Positions 49,446 to 63,907 of a stretch of DNA of 64,000 bases are shown one piece after another. The position numbers were made by a program, and so were the translations under genes. The notes under the pieces were generated by a model. That model ran no database searches and was not told where the DNA came from. It saw nothing but the letters and a program-made list of their open reading frames with translations. The DNA comes from Octopus sinensis (lineage: Eukaryota): positions 53,878,001 through 53,942,000 of the forward strand of contig NC_043000.1 of assembly GCF_006345805.1 (NCBI RefSeq), read 5' to 3'. How positions within the stretch are numbered: the first letter of the stretch is position 1; every line of letters begins with the position of its first letter.

Positions 49446-50999
49446 TAAAAGATCCGCGTTGGGCACGTTTATATAATTTCTCCCAGAAAACTATTTACGA
49501 GGATCACAAGTCCATACACATTTGATAAGGGATTTTTACCCGCGCAAATAATATATTCTTTAATGTATGTATTTGTGAGCTCTGTCTCAACTATGCTTTA
49601 GGGCATTTAAGACTGAATTTACAATACAATTACAGGTCCACGTATTACATAATTCGATATTACCTAAGACTAACCAGCTTGTGTTAGAGTTTCTGATATT
49701 TTTATACTTCATCTACACATTTCAAAAAATGTCTGTGATTTAGGATTCCTGAAACCGAATTCATGTTTATTGATTCTCATTCTAAGTGTAATTTCAGATA
49801 TCTTGTATCAATTGAGTTTCTATATTACAAGTTGTGAATCCATTCGTAAAATTAAGGCAAGTTGTTTAATTCACTGTTAGTGTAGGAGCTAAAATAACTC
49901 GATGACGTGGGCTCTTTTAGATTTTTATAACCAACATTGGCGCTTGCTATAACATAATTGAAAAATATGCCCATCAAATGAGATATATTACACAAATTAC
50001 TCTGCTGAAGAATTTTTTAAATGCATGTAGTTACTTGCGCTCAGAAAAATACTGAATGAAGTATTAAATTAAATGACTTGGCCTCTTGTATTTTCTCCCG
50101 CGTCTGGCAATGGGTATTAGTATTTATATAAATAATCTAATACAACACATTGGTTACAACTTCATTGTAATAAGTGGTCGCTTTCTTCAAAGGAAATATA
50201 TCAAATGCAATAAATAAGTAACTATATGGTAAAATGTTTCACTAAAAGCTGAATAATGGCAGCAGTCTCGTTTGAATTAATACCTATGTGCTCTGACACT
50301 TCACATGTTTTCTGAAATGTGTTGTGTTTATTGATTTCTGAAAGCAACAAGCTTAAGTATATATTACAAGTAATCTGTATTTGAAAATACTAAATAACCC
50401 GAAGGGATTTTAACCTATGTGACACTTAAGCATTTATATAGTATATAGCAATGAGGTCGTCATCTTTAAGTTAACTACACTGTAATCAGTGTTTTCTATG
50501 TATGATCATAAGTGATTTCGTCTACTCACCTGTTTGAACAAGTTAATAAGCGTTTTCTTTTTCTTTCTGTAGATTATGTGGATTTCTTTAATTAGACAGA
50601 AGTACAAAACATTAAATGCATTAGAAAATGCCTCTTCAGAAATTATATATATTTTGCACAGAATGTATTATAAACATCAAATAAGTGCATACCACACTTA
50701 GAACAGACTGACGAATAATCGAATACATAAACGAAACATAAATTCCATCACAACAAACCATAATCTGATACAAAGAAGGTAAAATGATGTAATTTATGCA
50801 TCGATGTATGGTGTTTGGCGTAGATTGGTTAATTTATTTGGAGGAATGGAAGACGGTAAAATCAGTGGTGTGTGCATAGCAAATGACATGTTCTAGGGAG
50901 CACAATTTGGATTATCAAACATCAATGATTTGAAATAAAATTAGAACATCTATGACGACAATATGAAATATCTCTCTTATAATGGATAGAGTAGTCTCT

Positions 51000-51600
51000 T
51001 GGTAAGTGCAGTCTTTCACAAAACCAGAGTTGACAAATGTGAACTCCGGAGAAATAAGGCGAGGTGTTTTCGACTATGATCCAGTGCATGTTCTGTAAAT
51101 AGATACAATGAGCTCAGCGTTTCCATATGAAGCAGGTCAAGGAGATTTATGTTCTTGCATCTCAAGAAGTGTATATGTTGCGAGGAAAACATTCCCTGAA
51201 ATAGTTCTTTGTTACCTATACATTTATAGATGACATTGCTTCTAACATCGCACCCTGTATTACCCACAATTACGCAACCAAACAATATCCGTACCATATT
51301 CCCGCCAGCAACTGGCGAAATCCTACAAAATGACTATAGGAAGGATTCTACGTCTGGTAAGCTGTGGTTTGTATGGAAGCTTCATCCTACCAAATGGTAT
51401 TAAGAGGCACTCTGTGGACATGCTTCTGTTTTGCATTTGCCATCGTTGAGATGTATCACTACATCACCTTAGTTCGAACTCCGTGGTGTCTGCTAAATCT
51501 TTCTATAATAGAGAAACCATTTTGGTTTTGGTCTACTATGCTTCTGAATGACAGGGGTATAGAGATCTTTCACGTACAGGAAACGTAAAACGACCTCAAG
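51000..51600 (-). mobile_element. Possible very old RTE-like LINE relic
   Basis: Weak similarity of ORF 51016-51297 and flanks to an RTE C-terminal region; not decisive. Confidence 0.3.
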
Positions 51601-51717
51601 GGTTACGTCACATGTCACATATTTCTCAATAATTTAAAACTTCAGTCAAATAATTACTGGAGTCGATTTGTTCAACGTGGTTCTCTGGTATGGCCGTCTT
51701 CTTACGACTGAATCATG

Positions 51718-51763
<46 letters not shown>

Positions 51764-52399
51764 AGTGAGTGAGTGAGTGAGTAAATGAATCGTACATGCC
51801 TCCTACCCTCTAACCCGCTCTCCTCCTTCTACGTGACCGGTATTCGGCCAGCCATGATCTTTCTTGGTTTGACTGCAGACCGCTAAGACCTCTTATGTCC
51901 ATCTCCTATGTTCCTGCCTTATGGCTTTCACTTTATACACGCCAGTTCATTTTGATTCGTCCCCCGTCGAAAGACACCTGTTGTTATATTCTTGTTTGTA
52001 TTGGCAAATTCTCAGTTTGTTTGCCTTTGTTGTCGTACACATTCGCTTGCTTTCTTCCAAAAAAATGTAATGCTCTTAGCTTAGACTTTTAGATAAGCAA
52101 CCAGATCGAACAGTCTCAAGTGTAACTGCCCAAAACTCTAAGAAGTACTGATTAACACCAATTCACTTACATCAACTATTATTTATTAATTCAATGCAAA
52201 TAGACTACATCCCATCTAACAGCTGTTTGTGCTTCAAATGCTATACGGTATTGCCATTGATATTCAAAATATGTAAAAATATTAATCATATTTGGTAATA
52301 AAGCCGATCTAAGACAAGGAGTGAAGAATATATAGCGTAGTACAAAGAGAAGGAAAAGGGTAAAGTTGAATATTTTTTGTAATCATACCATTTTTTCTT

Positions 52400-52907
52400 G
52401 TCTGTCTCTTTAGGCCGTTAAGTAAAAGACTAAAACAAAATAACAATTGGTAGAGTACACCTTTTTATACAGGATGGAGGAGAGGATGGGAAAATAATAA
52501 TAAATAAAATAATATTGGGATACGCCAATAGATATTAGTCAGAGAAGGAGTGTAGATACAGTAAGATTTTATATAAATTATAATAATTTATAATAGTTTT
52601 GTTTGTAGTACTAATTAAGAGAATTAATCATAATAAAGTGTTTATCGTTTAAATGCAATCTATTTATTTACCAGTAGGTGATTAAGCCCTTCCACCTGTT
52701 GTCCGAAGTGAGATAGGCCAAGGTCCAAAGTTCGATGTAATTGGTCAATTGAAATTTAATCGCGTGTTTATCCTTGTCTTTACCTATAACTTATGAACGT
52801 AATATGTTTGCCCATTTTTAAATGTAGGTAATATACTGGTATGAACCTCTATCCTTTAGACGATTATTTTAATCTCTAACACAACTAACCTACACACACA
52901 CATACAT

Positions 52908-52940
<33 letters not shown>

Positions 52941-52953
52941 GATATATATATAT

Positions 52954-53020
<67 letters not shown>

Positions 53021-54170
53021 TACCGAAATGTCAGCGCGAAGTAGTATGTATGTATAGGCAGAATAATTGGTAGGGCACAAACATACACAAGGAAAGGCAT
53101 GTAATGCTATAAATGAATAAAATAAGGTTATAAACATTGTAAGTTGGTTAAAACTTTTTATTGCACTTGAGGGGCGAAACTTGAGATTAAAAATAAATAT
53201 GGGGTAATATCTAGTCTTCAGCTTAGCGAATATTTGTAAGGATTTGAAGGTTTACGATTCGAGTTATTTGCTTACTACGTCACTGAAATTTGAGACAATT
53301 GAGAAAGTGGTAATTACGCACTACGTCATCAATAGTTAGTTGCACTTTAAATTCTTGGAGAGGCGTCGCGTGTCTGATTAAATGATTAAGTGTTTATAAT
53401 TATACTTTTAATACTTGTATTTTTATTGTTTTTTAAGCAGTTTTATTTTGATTTAAACAGTTCAATTAGCTTTAAACACAGCAAGGTTTATAATATTACT
53501 TTATTATAATTACTTTTATTAGTTCCTATTTAATGAAATTTAAGTGTATATTAGTCACTGGTAATTTAATATTATAACTTGTAGTAATTATATATTAATG
53601 AGTATGTAGATTTTTATTATTAACTTTTGAATGACGAAATAATGTATTTCACTCATAAGAATATTAGGTAAATTAATTTCAATCGTGATTTGTTCTGGAA
53701 GAATTTTTATAAGTTTTGAATGTTCATTATAGTAGTATCTATGGAAGGTTGGGATTATTATTTATATGGACTTAATGATGGATCGCAATTTAGCATATAA
53801 TTTAGTTATTGCAATCTACTATTAATATCGATACAATGTACGTGGGTTTAAATGCCTCTTGTTGTAGTGTTAGTAAGGTTAGTTTTTAATCCTGCCTATA
53901 TATTCATTGATTGAAATAATGTGGTTATTAAGCTTTACTTATATATTAAACTACGGAAGACGGTAGGGGTTATAATTATTTATGATTTAATAAAGTTGTC
54001 ACTGTATAGTTACGTATTTAGCAGTGGCTGTAATTTACTTATAGAATTTATTTTTCGATACGATTATATATTGGGTAAACGTGTTTGAAAGTTGTGGTTT
54101 CTGTGATTTGTTTGTTTTCAAACAACACTTATTTTAGTGCTGTTGACACCGCCGGATTGAATGGTACTGC
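52400..54170 (-). mobile_element. Possible highly decayed Penelope-like 5'/RT region
   Basis: LFLISSFAP (cf. LLxLGLSFAP), ILLRADIS (cf. IIKxADKG), LNDKHFI (cf. IKDTxHF); interrupted by (AGAT)n. Confidence 0.35.
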
Positions 54171-55244
54171 CCAGGAGTCGAAACCATAATGATATCCGTG
54201 GGGCAGCTAATGATGGAGGTATGTTGGGTTGTTGATATGGCTGTTTTTGTATATGTAAATAAGTATTAAGAATTGTTGGTATGGCTGTGAAATAATATAA
54301 TAAGACATCCTTTTGATATACGCATTAATACGGCTGGCTTCATTTATTATCCATCTATAAAGTCCATTCCACACCTAAGGCGTTCCTTGGTTCAAGACTA
54401 TTGTAAAATACACTTGCCCATGGTGCCGAGTAGTGAAACTGGATCCGAAATCATAAGGCTGGAAGCCAAAGTTATCATAATACACCTTAGACACATATAT
54501 GTTTATGAATACTTGAGATGCTGGCTTAAAACTTTTGAAACATGTAAATACTATGCAAAACAACGAAACTTATTACTTCTTGCTAAAATATGATGACACA
54601 AAAGGAAAGAAAAAAATCTAATAATTTCACATTACTAACACTTGAACTAAGAAGGAAACAATATAAATGCTAATCCTACGGTGAGAGAAGTTGTAGTAAT
54701 ATTGATGGAGTGGGAAAATGACCAAATTCAACCTCAGTACTTGATTCAGTAACAATCCTTTGACGTTTCACCAGCCTTTTATCATTAGTAAATTATTAAA
54801 CAGATAGACAAGACTGTAGCAACGATTATTTTTGCGCCATTTATAATGCAGTAGTGACAGCTACATTTACCATGTAGTACCAATATGATTCCACTCAGCT
54901 ACTATATGTTGACGCACTCATTAACAGATGGGTTTCTTCTGGCTTTAAGCACCGCCAGTATATCTGTCATTTTGTTTCCATGTACAATGTTTGACAAAAG
55001 ATTTTGTCATTTCTGGTCAGAAATTACTATAATGTAGAGAAAGGAATTGTTCATATATACAACAACAACAAAAGCAACAGTAACAATAATAGTGAGGAGG
55101 GAGAGGAAGAGGAGATGGAGAAGAGCAAGAAGAATTTCTTCTATATAAATAATAACAATGATAATCATCATCATTATCATTATTATTCTTTTATGATTAT
55201 TATTCTTGTTGTTATTGTTACTACAGTGAGCTGGAAAATTCATT

Positions 55245-55432
55245 AGTACGTTGAACAAAATGCTTCATGTCCATAAAGTCCGTTCCTACGTTCTGAATTC
55301 AAATTCTGCCAAGATTGACTTTGCCTTTCCTCCTTTCGGCGTCAGCGAAATACCGGGGTTGATGTATTCAAGTACTCGCCTCCACCAAAATTCAGACTTT
55401 GTGCCTTCAGTAGGAATGATTATGGTTATTAT
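55245..55432 (+). mobile_element. SINE (family of 44974-45413), 5' part missing
   Basis: TACGTTCTGAATTCAAATTCTGCC, GACTTTGCCTTTCCTCCTTTCGG, TTGTGCCTTCAGTAGGAATGATTAT tail. Confidence 0.75.
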
Positions 55433-57730
55433 TTAAGCTGTCGCACAGTGCCCAATATCCTTATGTTGGTGATTGAGTATATTACGTCTACCGGGGGTTT
55501 GTACCGTCTGCCAAGTCACAATAAGCATCTCAAACTCACATTACTTTATGAAATATGCGTGCAGCTCCAAGTAAGGCCGAGTTTTGCAATGCACCTAGAT
55601 TGTAGGGGATGTTTAAAGTTTCCAGATGCTTCTTTTGGTTGAGTGGTATTGAACCCAATGTTCCGATGGCATTTGGGACAAACTTTATGTTTGAATCTCG
55701 TAGCTGCCACATCTCATTTCTCAGGTCACCATATTTATCAATCTCTTCGCATTCTATCATGATAACATGTTGATCTCCTAGCACTACTCGATCAAGTGTT
55801 AGGCACCTCAAAGTTAATATGTTCAGTCTTCGGTGCTCTAACACCTTATGTGTAGAAAGGATTATTATTATCATTTTCATGTATACTCAACAGAATAGTC
55901 AGTTGGAAAAGAACAAAATGTCCTAACGTCGGGCTACTACAAGTAACCTTGTGCAGCAATGATCAGGCTTTCGGTGGTGCGCTTCAAATCACCTCGTTCA
56001 AATCATGCCCAGCATGCTGTACTATCCTTAAAGTCTTGGGTATTCCTTTCAAACAGTCCAAGGTCTTCTTTTCTCTTCTCCTCAACTCTTTGGTTAAGTT
56101 CGCCTTGCCCATCATTTCATCTGCATTTACAACCATATCTTACGCGGCATATTGCAGTAGGTCTTCATCACTATTTATCAAATAATCGGCAAGCGTTCTC
56201 ATTTCACTCCTTATACAATGGTCTACACTAATGAGTCCCCCACCACCAATCTTTCTTTTCATATACAGTCTGTGTACCTTTCATTTAGGGTGTAGCGCCC
56301 CATGCAACGTTATCAAGCTTCTCGTCCTTCTATCCATTGTTGATATTTTCTCCTTAGTCTATTTGAGGTGCGATGCACTATATCTGACCACCGCAACTGC
56401 CCAGATATTCATTGCGGTTATCAAATTTTTGGTATTCAGGCTGAATTTCATTTACATCTTCACCCATTTTTAATACGCCTCACTGACATTGACTTTCATT
56501 TCTCTGTGCTGAATGTCATCCAGCGCCAAAATCCATAAATATCTATACCCACTACCGTCAGGTTTGCCCATGGTCTCTCCTGATGTTCACCGCAATCCTC
56601 TGCAGACTGCTTTCTTCCCTCTTTTCGTATTAAGTACTGAGCATTTGGGGATCCCAAAGTCCATACACTTGATTCTATAACACTTCTGGACTGTTTTGCT
56701 TAAGGAATCCATCTGTTTTTCAGATTTCCCAAACAATTTCAGATCATCCATAAAGAGCAGCTGGTTCAATGATAGGCTTTTCTTCCAACATCGGTAACCC
56801 ATCTTAACTTTCTTAAGTGTCATTGTTATGGGTATTACTGCAATTACAAAAATTAACGGAGAAAACGAGTCATCTTAGAAAATTATCCTTTTAATATTTA
56901 ATTTACCAAGGAATACATTACTTGGGTAAAATTTGGTTTTCCGCACTTCCACGCTATGCACCAGAAAATTTGTGATGTCAGCAACACCAAACATCTGCAG
57001 GCATTCAACGATCCAAAAATGATGCCTCAAATAATATGACTTCTTAAAGTCAATCCAAGTCATAGGCATGTTTGCAGTGCATGAAAGACTAACAGTGCAT
57101 GAAAGACTAACAGACCAATTAAATGACCGTGTCCAGAAAGGTAGAGTCCCCGCGTGGATGGTGACTGGGAGGAAAACACTTGTAATGATAGATAAAAGAA
57201 AGGGGAATATTATGACAGTATTTATCTTTTGCGTTACTTTATTTATAATACTCCTATCTATCCTTCTCATATGCATGGGAATGTTTTTCTTCCGGAGAAT
57301 TGAAGTCGGTGACTCGTCTTCGAATTTCAAGCAATTCATTATCTAGTTGGTTCATTTTCCCTGCATGTCCACCTGCCGCAGTATCAGGGTTCACTGCATA
57401 ACTTCCTGTTCCTCATCCTTAACAGTCATATCACCATTCCTGTTCCTCCTGTCTATTCTTCTCCCTGCTTTCAACTCCTACCTTTCTATTTTCAACTCCG
57501 ACCACCCTTTGTAGCCCATCCTCAGTGTCTCTCAGACACTCACTAATCCGAGATATTTCTACTCTTGTTAAGTAACCCTTCCTCCTAATCACTCTCATTT
57601 GATTCATTAGTTTATTTTCTGACATGGGACACATGTCCTTTTTCATCCAAAAATTTCATGTTACGTCGGCCTATTCCGTGACTTCTTTGCAGCTTTGCTA
57701 TTTCATGACATTCAATATGTGTAGCTTACA
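55430..57730 (-). mobile_element. Degenerate R4/Dong-clade non-LTR retrotransposon (RT + restriction-like endonuclease), with deletions and a small inversion
   Basis: KLMNQMRVIRRKGYL (N-terminal), MTWIDFKK...WIVECLQMFGV, DDSFSPLIF, LNQLLFMDDLKLFGK, DFGIPKC, ESLIIAAQ, IDKYGDL...VPNAIGTLG...LQNSALLGAARI (RLE end). Confidence 0.88.
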
Positions 57731-58168
57731 CCTCCTTCATCCACTTATGTCTGTTTTTGCGACACCGTGTATGGGAGCTGTTGTGACAGAACAGCCGTCC
57801 GAGGCCAGATGACTGTCTCTGATGCGGACGGTTTTACACGTGCCGGGCAGGAAACCTTCACCATGATCGGCTATGGTTTCATTCGTGCCATTAATCTTTC
57901 TTTGTGTTGCATCATGATTTCATGACTCGTTCGTAGGGTTCCCACTAGAGTTGTTATTGAAATCCCATATCTCTCTTTCTCTATTTATTTGTATATACAC
58001 GTGCACATCTATGTACATATACACACAAACGTACATAAAGCCCAAATATCTAGATTATATTGAAGGTTGTTCTATTTTGCCTCATATTTTGGGGGATTCT
58101 ATCTATACATTTGTGCGCAGCTATCTATCAGTCTATCTATTCCACCCTCTCTCTCCCTCTTCATATAC

Positions 58169-58229
<61 letters not shown>

Positions 58230-58939
58230 AGTATCTAATGAATATGTTTAAATTATTCTTCAATAATGTAAAAATATGTGGGCATTTTCAAAAGACCAAT
58301 AAGAGAAAGTGAAAACGAAATGTAGAAAGCATGATCTAGAACATTTTGAAAAACGTATGAACTTAAAATTGGCATAAAAAAGCTATTTACTGCTGCCTCA
58401 ATTATTAATTGAGAAACTGATGCTACAAGTAAAATATTTTAATTTGCGAAATTTTAGAGAAACTGAATGAATACATGTATTAATTGTGATTAGTATAATA
58501 CATGTAAAATCTTCAAGTGCCTACTGAAATAAATAGAATAATACTTGCGATTAACATTTTTCTATGAAAACAAAACATTGCCTTATGTTTAAGAGATAAT
58601 GTGTACCTCACGTATATTTCTATTTATACTAAAATACTGACCATTTTGTTAATGAATTCCCACTCATTGTACCAATACATAACACATGTCTATCCCCGTT
58701 TCTGTTTTTCTCTTATCCCGTTCTCTCATTGCTTTTAGATCTCTTTTCGCAGTGCAATATATATCATTGCAAAGTGTCACAGTAGATATACTAATAGTAA
58801 ATAGGGTGGCCCTGATTTAGTGAATCGAATACCTACATGCTAAAAGTGTGCTTTATTACAGCTGATGCAGATCTACTCAGCACATTAACATGTTTCTCGA
58901 TTTTCTTGATTGTCAATGAATTTCAGCTTTTATTTCACA

Positions 58940-59700
58940 TTTACTGGCTGAATATAGAGAGTGCATTAAGCAAAAAGAAAATTATACAGAAACAATGAAT
59001 AACAAAATATCTTATCAAATACAACGGAGAAAAATGAATGTAAAACATCCAACAAAATATCTAAAATGCTGTCAAATATCTCAAAATCATAGAAAACTGT
59101 CGAGAACAATATCACTTCAAAACACACCAGAGATGCATGTGATATTTTAACTGACAAGCTGGCCTACTTGTTCAATGCACTGAGAAGACAGATCACAATT
59201 CCGAAAAAGAAAGAAAACACAGCGCAAACATCAGCATTCCTGACAAAGTAAGGAAACAAAATAAAGTCAACTGTAGATCGATTAGCTTATATTCCTTCCT
59301 CTGTTTAATATTTTTTCAACATTATCACAAACACAAAAGCCAGACATTTAGAAATGCATCAGCAACAACAAAACCAAAAAAAACGAAACATCCTTCAGAA
59401 GTGAGCACTTGATAGTAGATAATTTACACACAGACAAACAACTCATCATAAAACAGTGAATTTAATATATCTTTATGCCCGACCTTTGTAGACAATGAAA
59501 TGCTATGAGATCAACAGAAGATACCATACAAGAGATTTTTGACGTAGCATCAATATTCATATCTAACATTAAATACGCTCTAGAAATTTCCCACAAAACA
59601 TAGAAATCTATCACATCAGATTTCATCAAAGATGCTTATTGTTATCTATGCAAAAACAAACAAACACTTTGCAAGAATGGTGAATAAGATATTGTTTTAA
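58940..59700 (+). mobile_element. Possible decayed Penelope-like RT relic
   Basis: FDVASIFISNI (cf. FDVxSLFTNIP), SDFIKDAY...KNGE; otherwise riddled with stops. Confidence 0.35.
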
Positions 59701-59836
59701 ATTATTGCTTTATGTTTTATTCTTGCTGATAATATTAAAAAAATTAGTATAGAAAGTCACTTGAAACTCTTGTCCTCAAATAAACCTGAGCTGCAAAAGA
59801 ATAATGTATAATAAAATCACGACGCAAATTTATGCA

Positions 59837-59883
<47 letters not shown>

Positions 59884-59957
59884 GATCAACTTAGACATGT
59901 TTTTCCTGCAAAATATGTTCAGTAAAGAAATACAATCATAAATTCTTCCCATTTGAA

Positions 59958-59989
<32 letters not shown>

Positions 59990-60340
59990 GACATACCAGT
60001 TGCCAGGAAGCTTTTTAATATTTAAACTGAGCTATCCAATAGATTTACACCACTAAATATAGTAGATATTTCACCAATGCACATGTGAATATTTATTGGG
60101 TTGGCTGTAATACGGATGAAAGAGCAATAACTCTTGAAATATGTACATAAACCCATAGCATATTTTTTTCTATTTTCGATCGTATTAGTTGTATAAATGT
60201 ATTTGTATACGAAGAGTCGTAACTTTCAGCGCTAGCACTGAATTACAAAAAGTGTCAGGAGAAATAAGTTTAAAAATGTACATATACATACATACAAAAA
60301 GATATACATACATACATACATACATGCATACATATACATA

Positions 60341-60472
<132 letters not shown>

Positions 60473-60547
60473 ATATATATTTGTAAAAAATGAAGTTCGA
60501 AAATGCTGCTATATTAGACAAATTTTTAATTTTTATATATACATTAT

Positions 60548-60590
60548 AACATGTTTCGGTTCTTGAAATGATGAACCTTATCAAAAGTTT
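60548..60590 (-). ncRNA. Degenerate minimal hammerhead
   Basis: UUGAUAA GGUUC-(10 nt)-GAACC GAAA CAUG UU; 5-bp stem II, ACAUGU palindrome; stem I not evident. Confidence 0.45.
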
Positions 60591-60894
60591 TATATAAAAA
60601 AAGATAGTTCATGCTATCAAATATAAAAAAATTCATTTATAATATACAATAGAGTCAGACATATGTTTAGAGAGTATGATGCAGTGGTTCATAGTGGTGA
60701 CATGCATTCAATATAAAAAATAGATCAAAGTGGTGATATGCAGTCAATATAAAAAATTGATGTTCCTGAAAGAGCGAGGAATTCGTTTTAGATTTTACCT
60801 TGAGTAACTGTGATGACTTTTGGTCGGTGTTCGCTGGATAGTTCTGGCGAACCTTGTGAATTGTTTGGGTTGTATATCACCTGTTAGGTGGCAA

Positions 60895-61330
60895 GTCCAG
60901 CGTAACGTGACGTCATCAACGTTTTGACCAATCGTTTCGTTAGGTGGCTTAGTCAAGCAGAACGGGACGTCATCAATATTCTGACCAATCCCGACCTATA
61001 GCTGCATTAGATCTGCCCCTTGTCTGTATTCTGTTTTGACCAATCGTTTCGTTAGGTGGCTTAGTCAAGCAGAACGGGACGTCATCAATATTCTGACCAA
61101 GCCCGACCTATAGCTGTATTAGATCTGCCCCTTGTCTGTATCCTGTTAGGTGACCAGTCAAGCAGAACGGGACGTCATCAATATTCTGACCAATCCCGGC
61201 CTATAGCTGTATTAGATCTGCCCCTTGTCTGTATCCTGTTAGGTGGCCAGTCTAGCAGAACGAGACGTCATCAACTTGTTGACCAATCAGAACCGGGTCT
61301 GACCCTTAGCTGTATGGTATGTGGCCAGTC
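60895..61330. repeat. Irregular tandem array (5 units, spacing 57-112 bp)
   Basis: GACGTCATCAA-N6-GACCAA at about 60909, 60966, 61078, 61171, 61265. Confidence 0.85.
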
Positions 61331-62126
61331 CATCAGGGTTAGATCTGTTCGAAGAGATCTTTTTATAATTTTTTTTTTCCTTTTTTCCCTAAGGCATATT
61401 TCCGTCAGTGTGAGTGACTGTTTAAGGTAGCGGCCGTGGTGGAATTTTGCTTCTCCTTTTCGGAGGACCTATCTTTTGTTTTAATATTCCTGGCCCAGGG
61501 TGTTTAAACTTGGTCTAAATTTTATGATGAAATACAGTTCTTTATTTTGGCGTTGCGTGAAGGTTGCGTTGTCACTGAATTTATAAAGCGGGTAAGTTGT
61601 AAATTTCGGATTTACATTTCCAGCACATCTATCTATGTGTCCGCTGACCGGTATTTTCCGGTATTCAGGGTTTCTAATTTGTGATTTATGCACCGCCATC
61701 CTGTTACGTAAGCTATTTTTTGTATGGCCTATATACTGCCTATTGCAGCCTGCGCATGTTATGACGTAAATTAAGTTTTCTGATGCGCAGGTGAAGTATG
61801 CTCTAATGGTGAACTGGTGGCCTTGTTCTAATATAAATTCTGAACCTTCTATCAAGATGACACAGATTCCGCAGTTGGGCCTTCCACATTTTCTAACTGC
61901 TGGTTTTGTGGTTGATATACATATACATATATATATATATATATAGAGAGAGATAGATAGGTAGAAAACATTTTGTTCTTTTGAAGACATGATTGGATGC
62001 AGGTTTTCAGGACTAACTATAAAATTTAATATATCTTTCATCGCTATTCCACATATACGTGTGCAAATAGAATAAAGCCATCAACAAATTTTATTAAAAT
62101 ACACTGATGAATGGCAACTAAATGTA

Positions 62127-62830
62127 CGAGGGAAATTTAAGAACACCTAATTATCAGTATATTACTTCCTTTAACCGAATGAAATGTTTTTCCTTCATTC
62201 AGATGCCCTGTGACAGATCAAATACTAACATAAGAAAAAACATTGATCCATTGTTACCGAAGATAATGATTTGAGATTTGCTGTAAATGTTGTAATGTAT
62301 ACACCAACTTCGAATTGCATCAGAAGCTTTTCGCAAGAATGTTTCAACTCTATCAAAGATAAAATGATTGGCCACTTTACGGACATCGTATTTCATCCAA
62401 AATATTTTCGATGCCGATCCTGGAAAATCAATCAGCGCCATCACCATGGAGATTCAGGCATCGGGGTGGAATATCAGAACTGTGGTGCGCTACGACATTC
62501 GGATACACATTTTTTATAAAGGGGATAGCAATTCCTGTCTGAAAATTAAATAAACAGAGGAAAACCATTTGATCCATACCAAGCACTCCCTTAAGTTTAA
62601 AAACTTTCAAAGTTACTGAAAAGAAATCATGTCGACATCCTTATGATAGCATCAATGAACGCGGCCATTTTCCAGGTGATTTTTGGGAGTAAATAACTAT
62701 CATTTCGTACGGATACGGGTCATTCATTGAAGGAGTCATCGAAAGTCAAGTCGGAATCATGGGACAAGTATGCTGACCGAGAATATGTGCACAATTTTTT
62801 GTAACAAATATATTTGCTAGATATGCGTTG
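62127..62830 (+). mobile_element. Decayed mariner relic
   Basis: TA-CGAGGG TIR-like start; frameshifted N-terminal HTH-like segment (RFAV...YTPT, DADPGKSISAITMEIQ). Confidence 0.45.
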
Positions 62831-63067
62831 TTTCATAAAATACCAAACACATCTACAAATACCTATCGCACTGTGAATTGAATAACAACGAAGGTTTCAT
62901 TACCTTATTCAATTCACAACCAGCCTGTAGACGTTCACTTCACCCTTCATCATTTCATCTTTCCCTACAGTTTCTCATTATCTTACTAATACTTAAGGTG
63001 GTAAATTGGCAGAATTGTTAGCAGCCTGGGCAAAATGTTGAGCTGTATTTCATCCATGCGTGTAAGC

Positions 63068-63142
<75 letters not shown>

Positions 63143-63218
63143 TTATTTATTATATATATATATATGTTTGTATGTAGATATGTATATATATATATATATC
63201 TGTATATCTGTATGTATG

Positions 63219-63286
<68 letters not shown>

Positions 63287-63907
63287 GTATGTATGTATAT
63301 TTGTATGTATGTATATATATATATACAGAATTAGAGGGAGCAGTATCCGTGTAACGCATTGTTAAAAACAATTCAGATGCTAACTGGGTTTAACCAAATA
63401 TATCGATAGAAAGTTTCTCAATATCAATACAGATGTGTATAAAAAGTCTCATAAAAATAAGAAGTTTAGGAATTATTGACATTTGCTCAGCAGTGAAGTT
63501 TCTCTCTTCGTAATAGTCACACAAGCACTAACACACACACGCGCAAACAAACAAGCATACGTTTATATATATGTTTGCCTAAACATAGTCCTCAAATAAG
63601 TCATATCGTAACTCCAGACTAAAATATACTTAATTTTCCTGACGGGATGTAACAATATATCACTTATTACATCTATAAATGGTACAATTATTGATGAATT
63701 CAAAAATATTGTTAGACTGAAATATATGTAGAATTTCCTTTTGGATTTTTCGTGTTGTTTTGTGTATGCGGTTCCTTTATTCTTGTTCTTATGGGTATAT
63801 CTGTTAATCTTTTAACATTTTAATTTGTATTACTTTTCTAATTGTGATACAAGTAAAATGAACAAAGCATCTGTCTTAATTGATCTTCCCCATTATATAT
63901 ATATATT

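Larger units (their letters stand above)
60540..61920 (-). mobile_element. 3' part of a Penelope-like element: uninterrupted GIY-YIG endonuclease domain, tandem-repeat 3' UTR, pLTR
   Basis: KCGRPNCGIC, FTCASENLIYVITCAGCNRQYIGHTKNSLRNRMAVHKSQI, IPVSGHIDRC, RQNKELYFIIKFRPSLN* (61481-61920); upstream cut by a microsatellite. Confidence 0.9.

Noticed and set aside
60895-61330. CRISPR-like array
   Set aside because: Eukaryotic context; the inter-repeat segments are themselves repeated, not unique spacers
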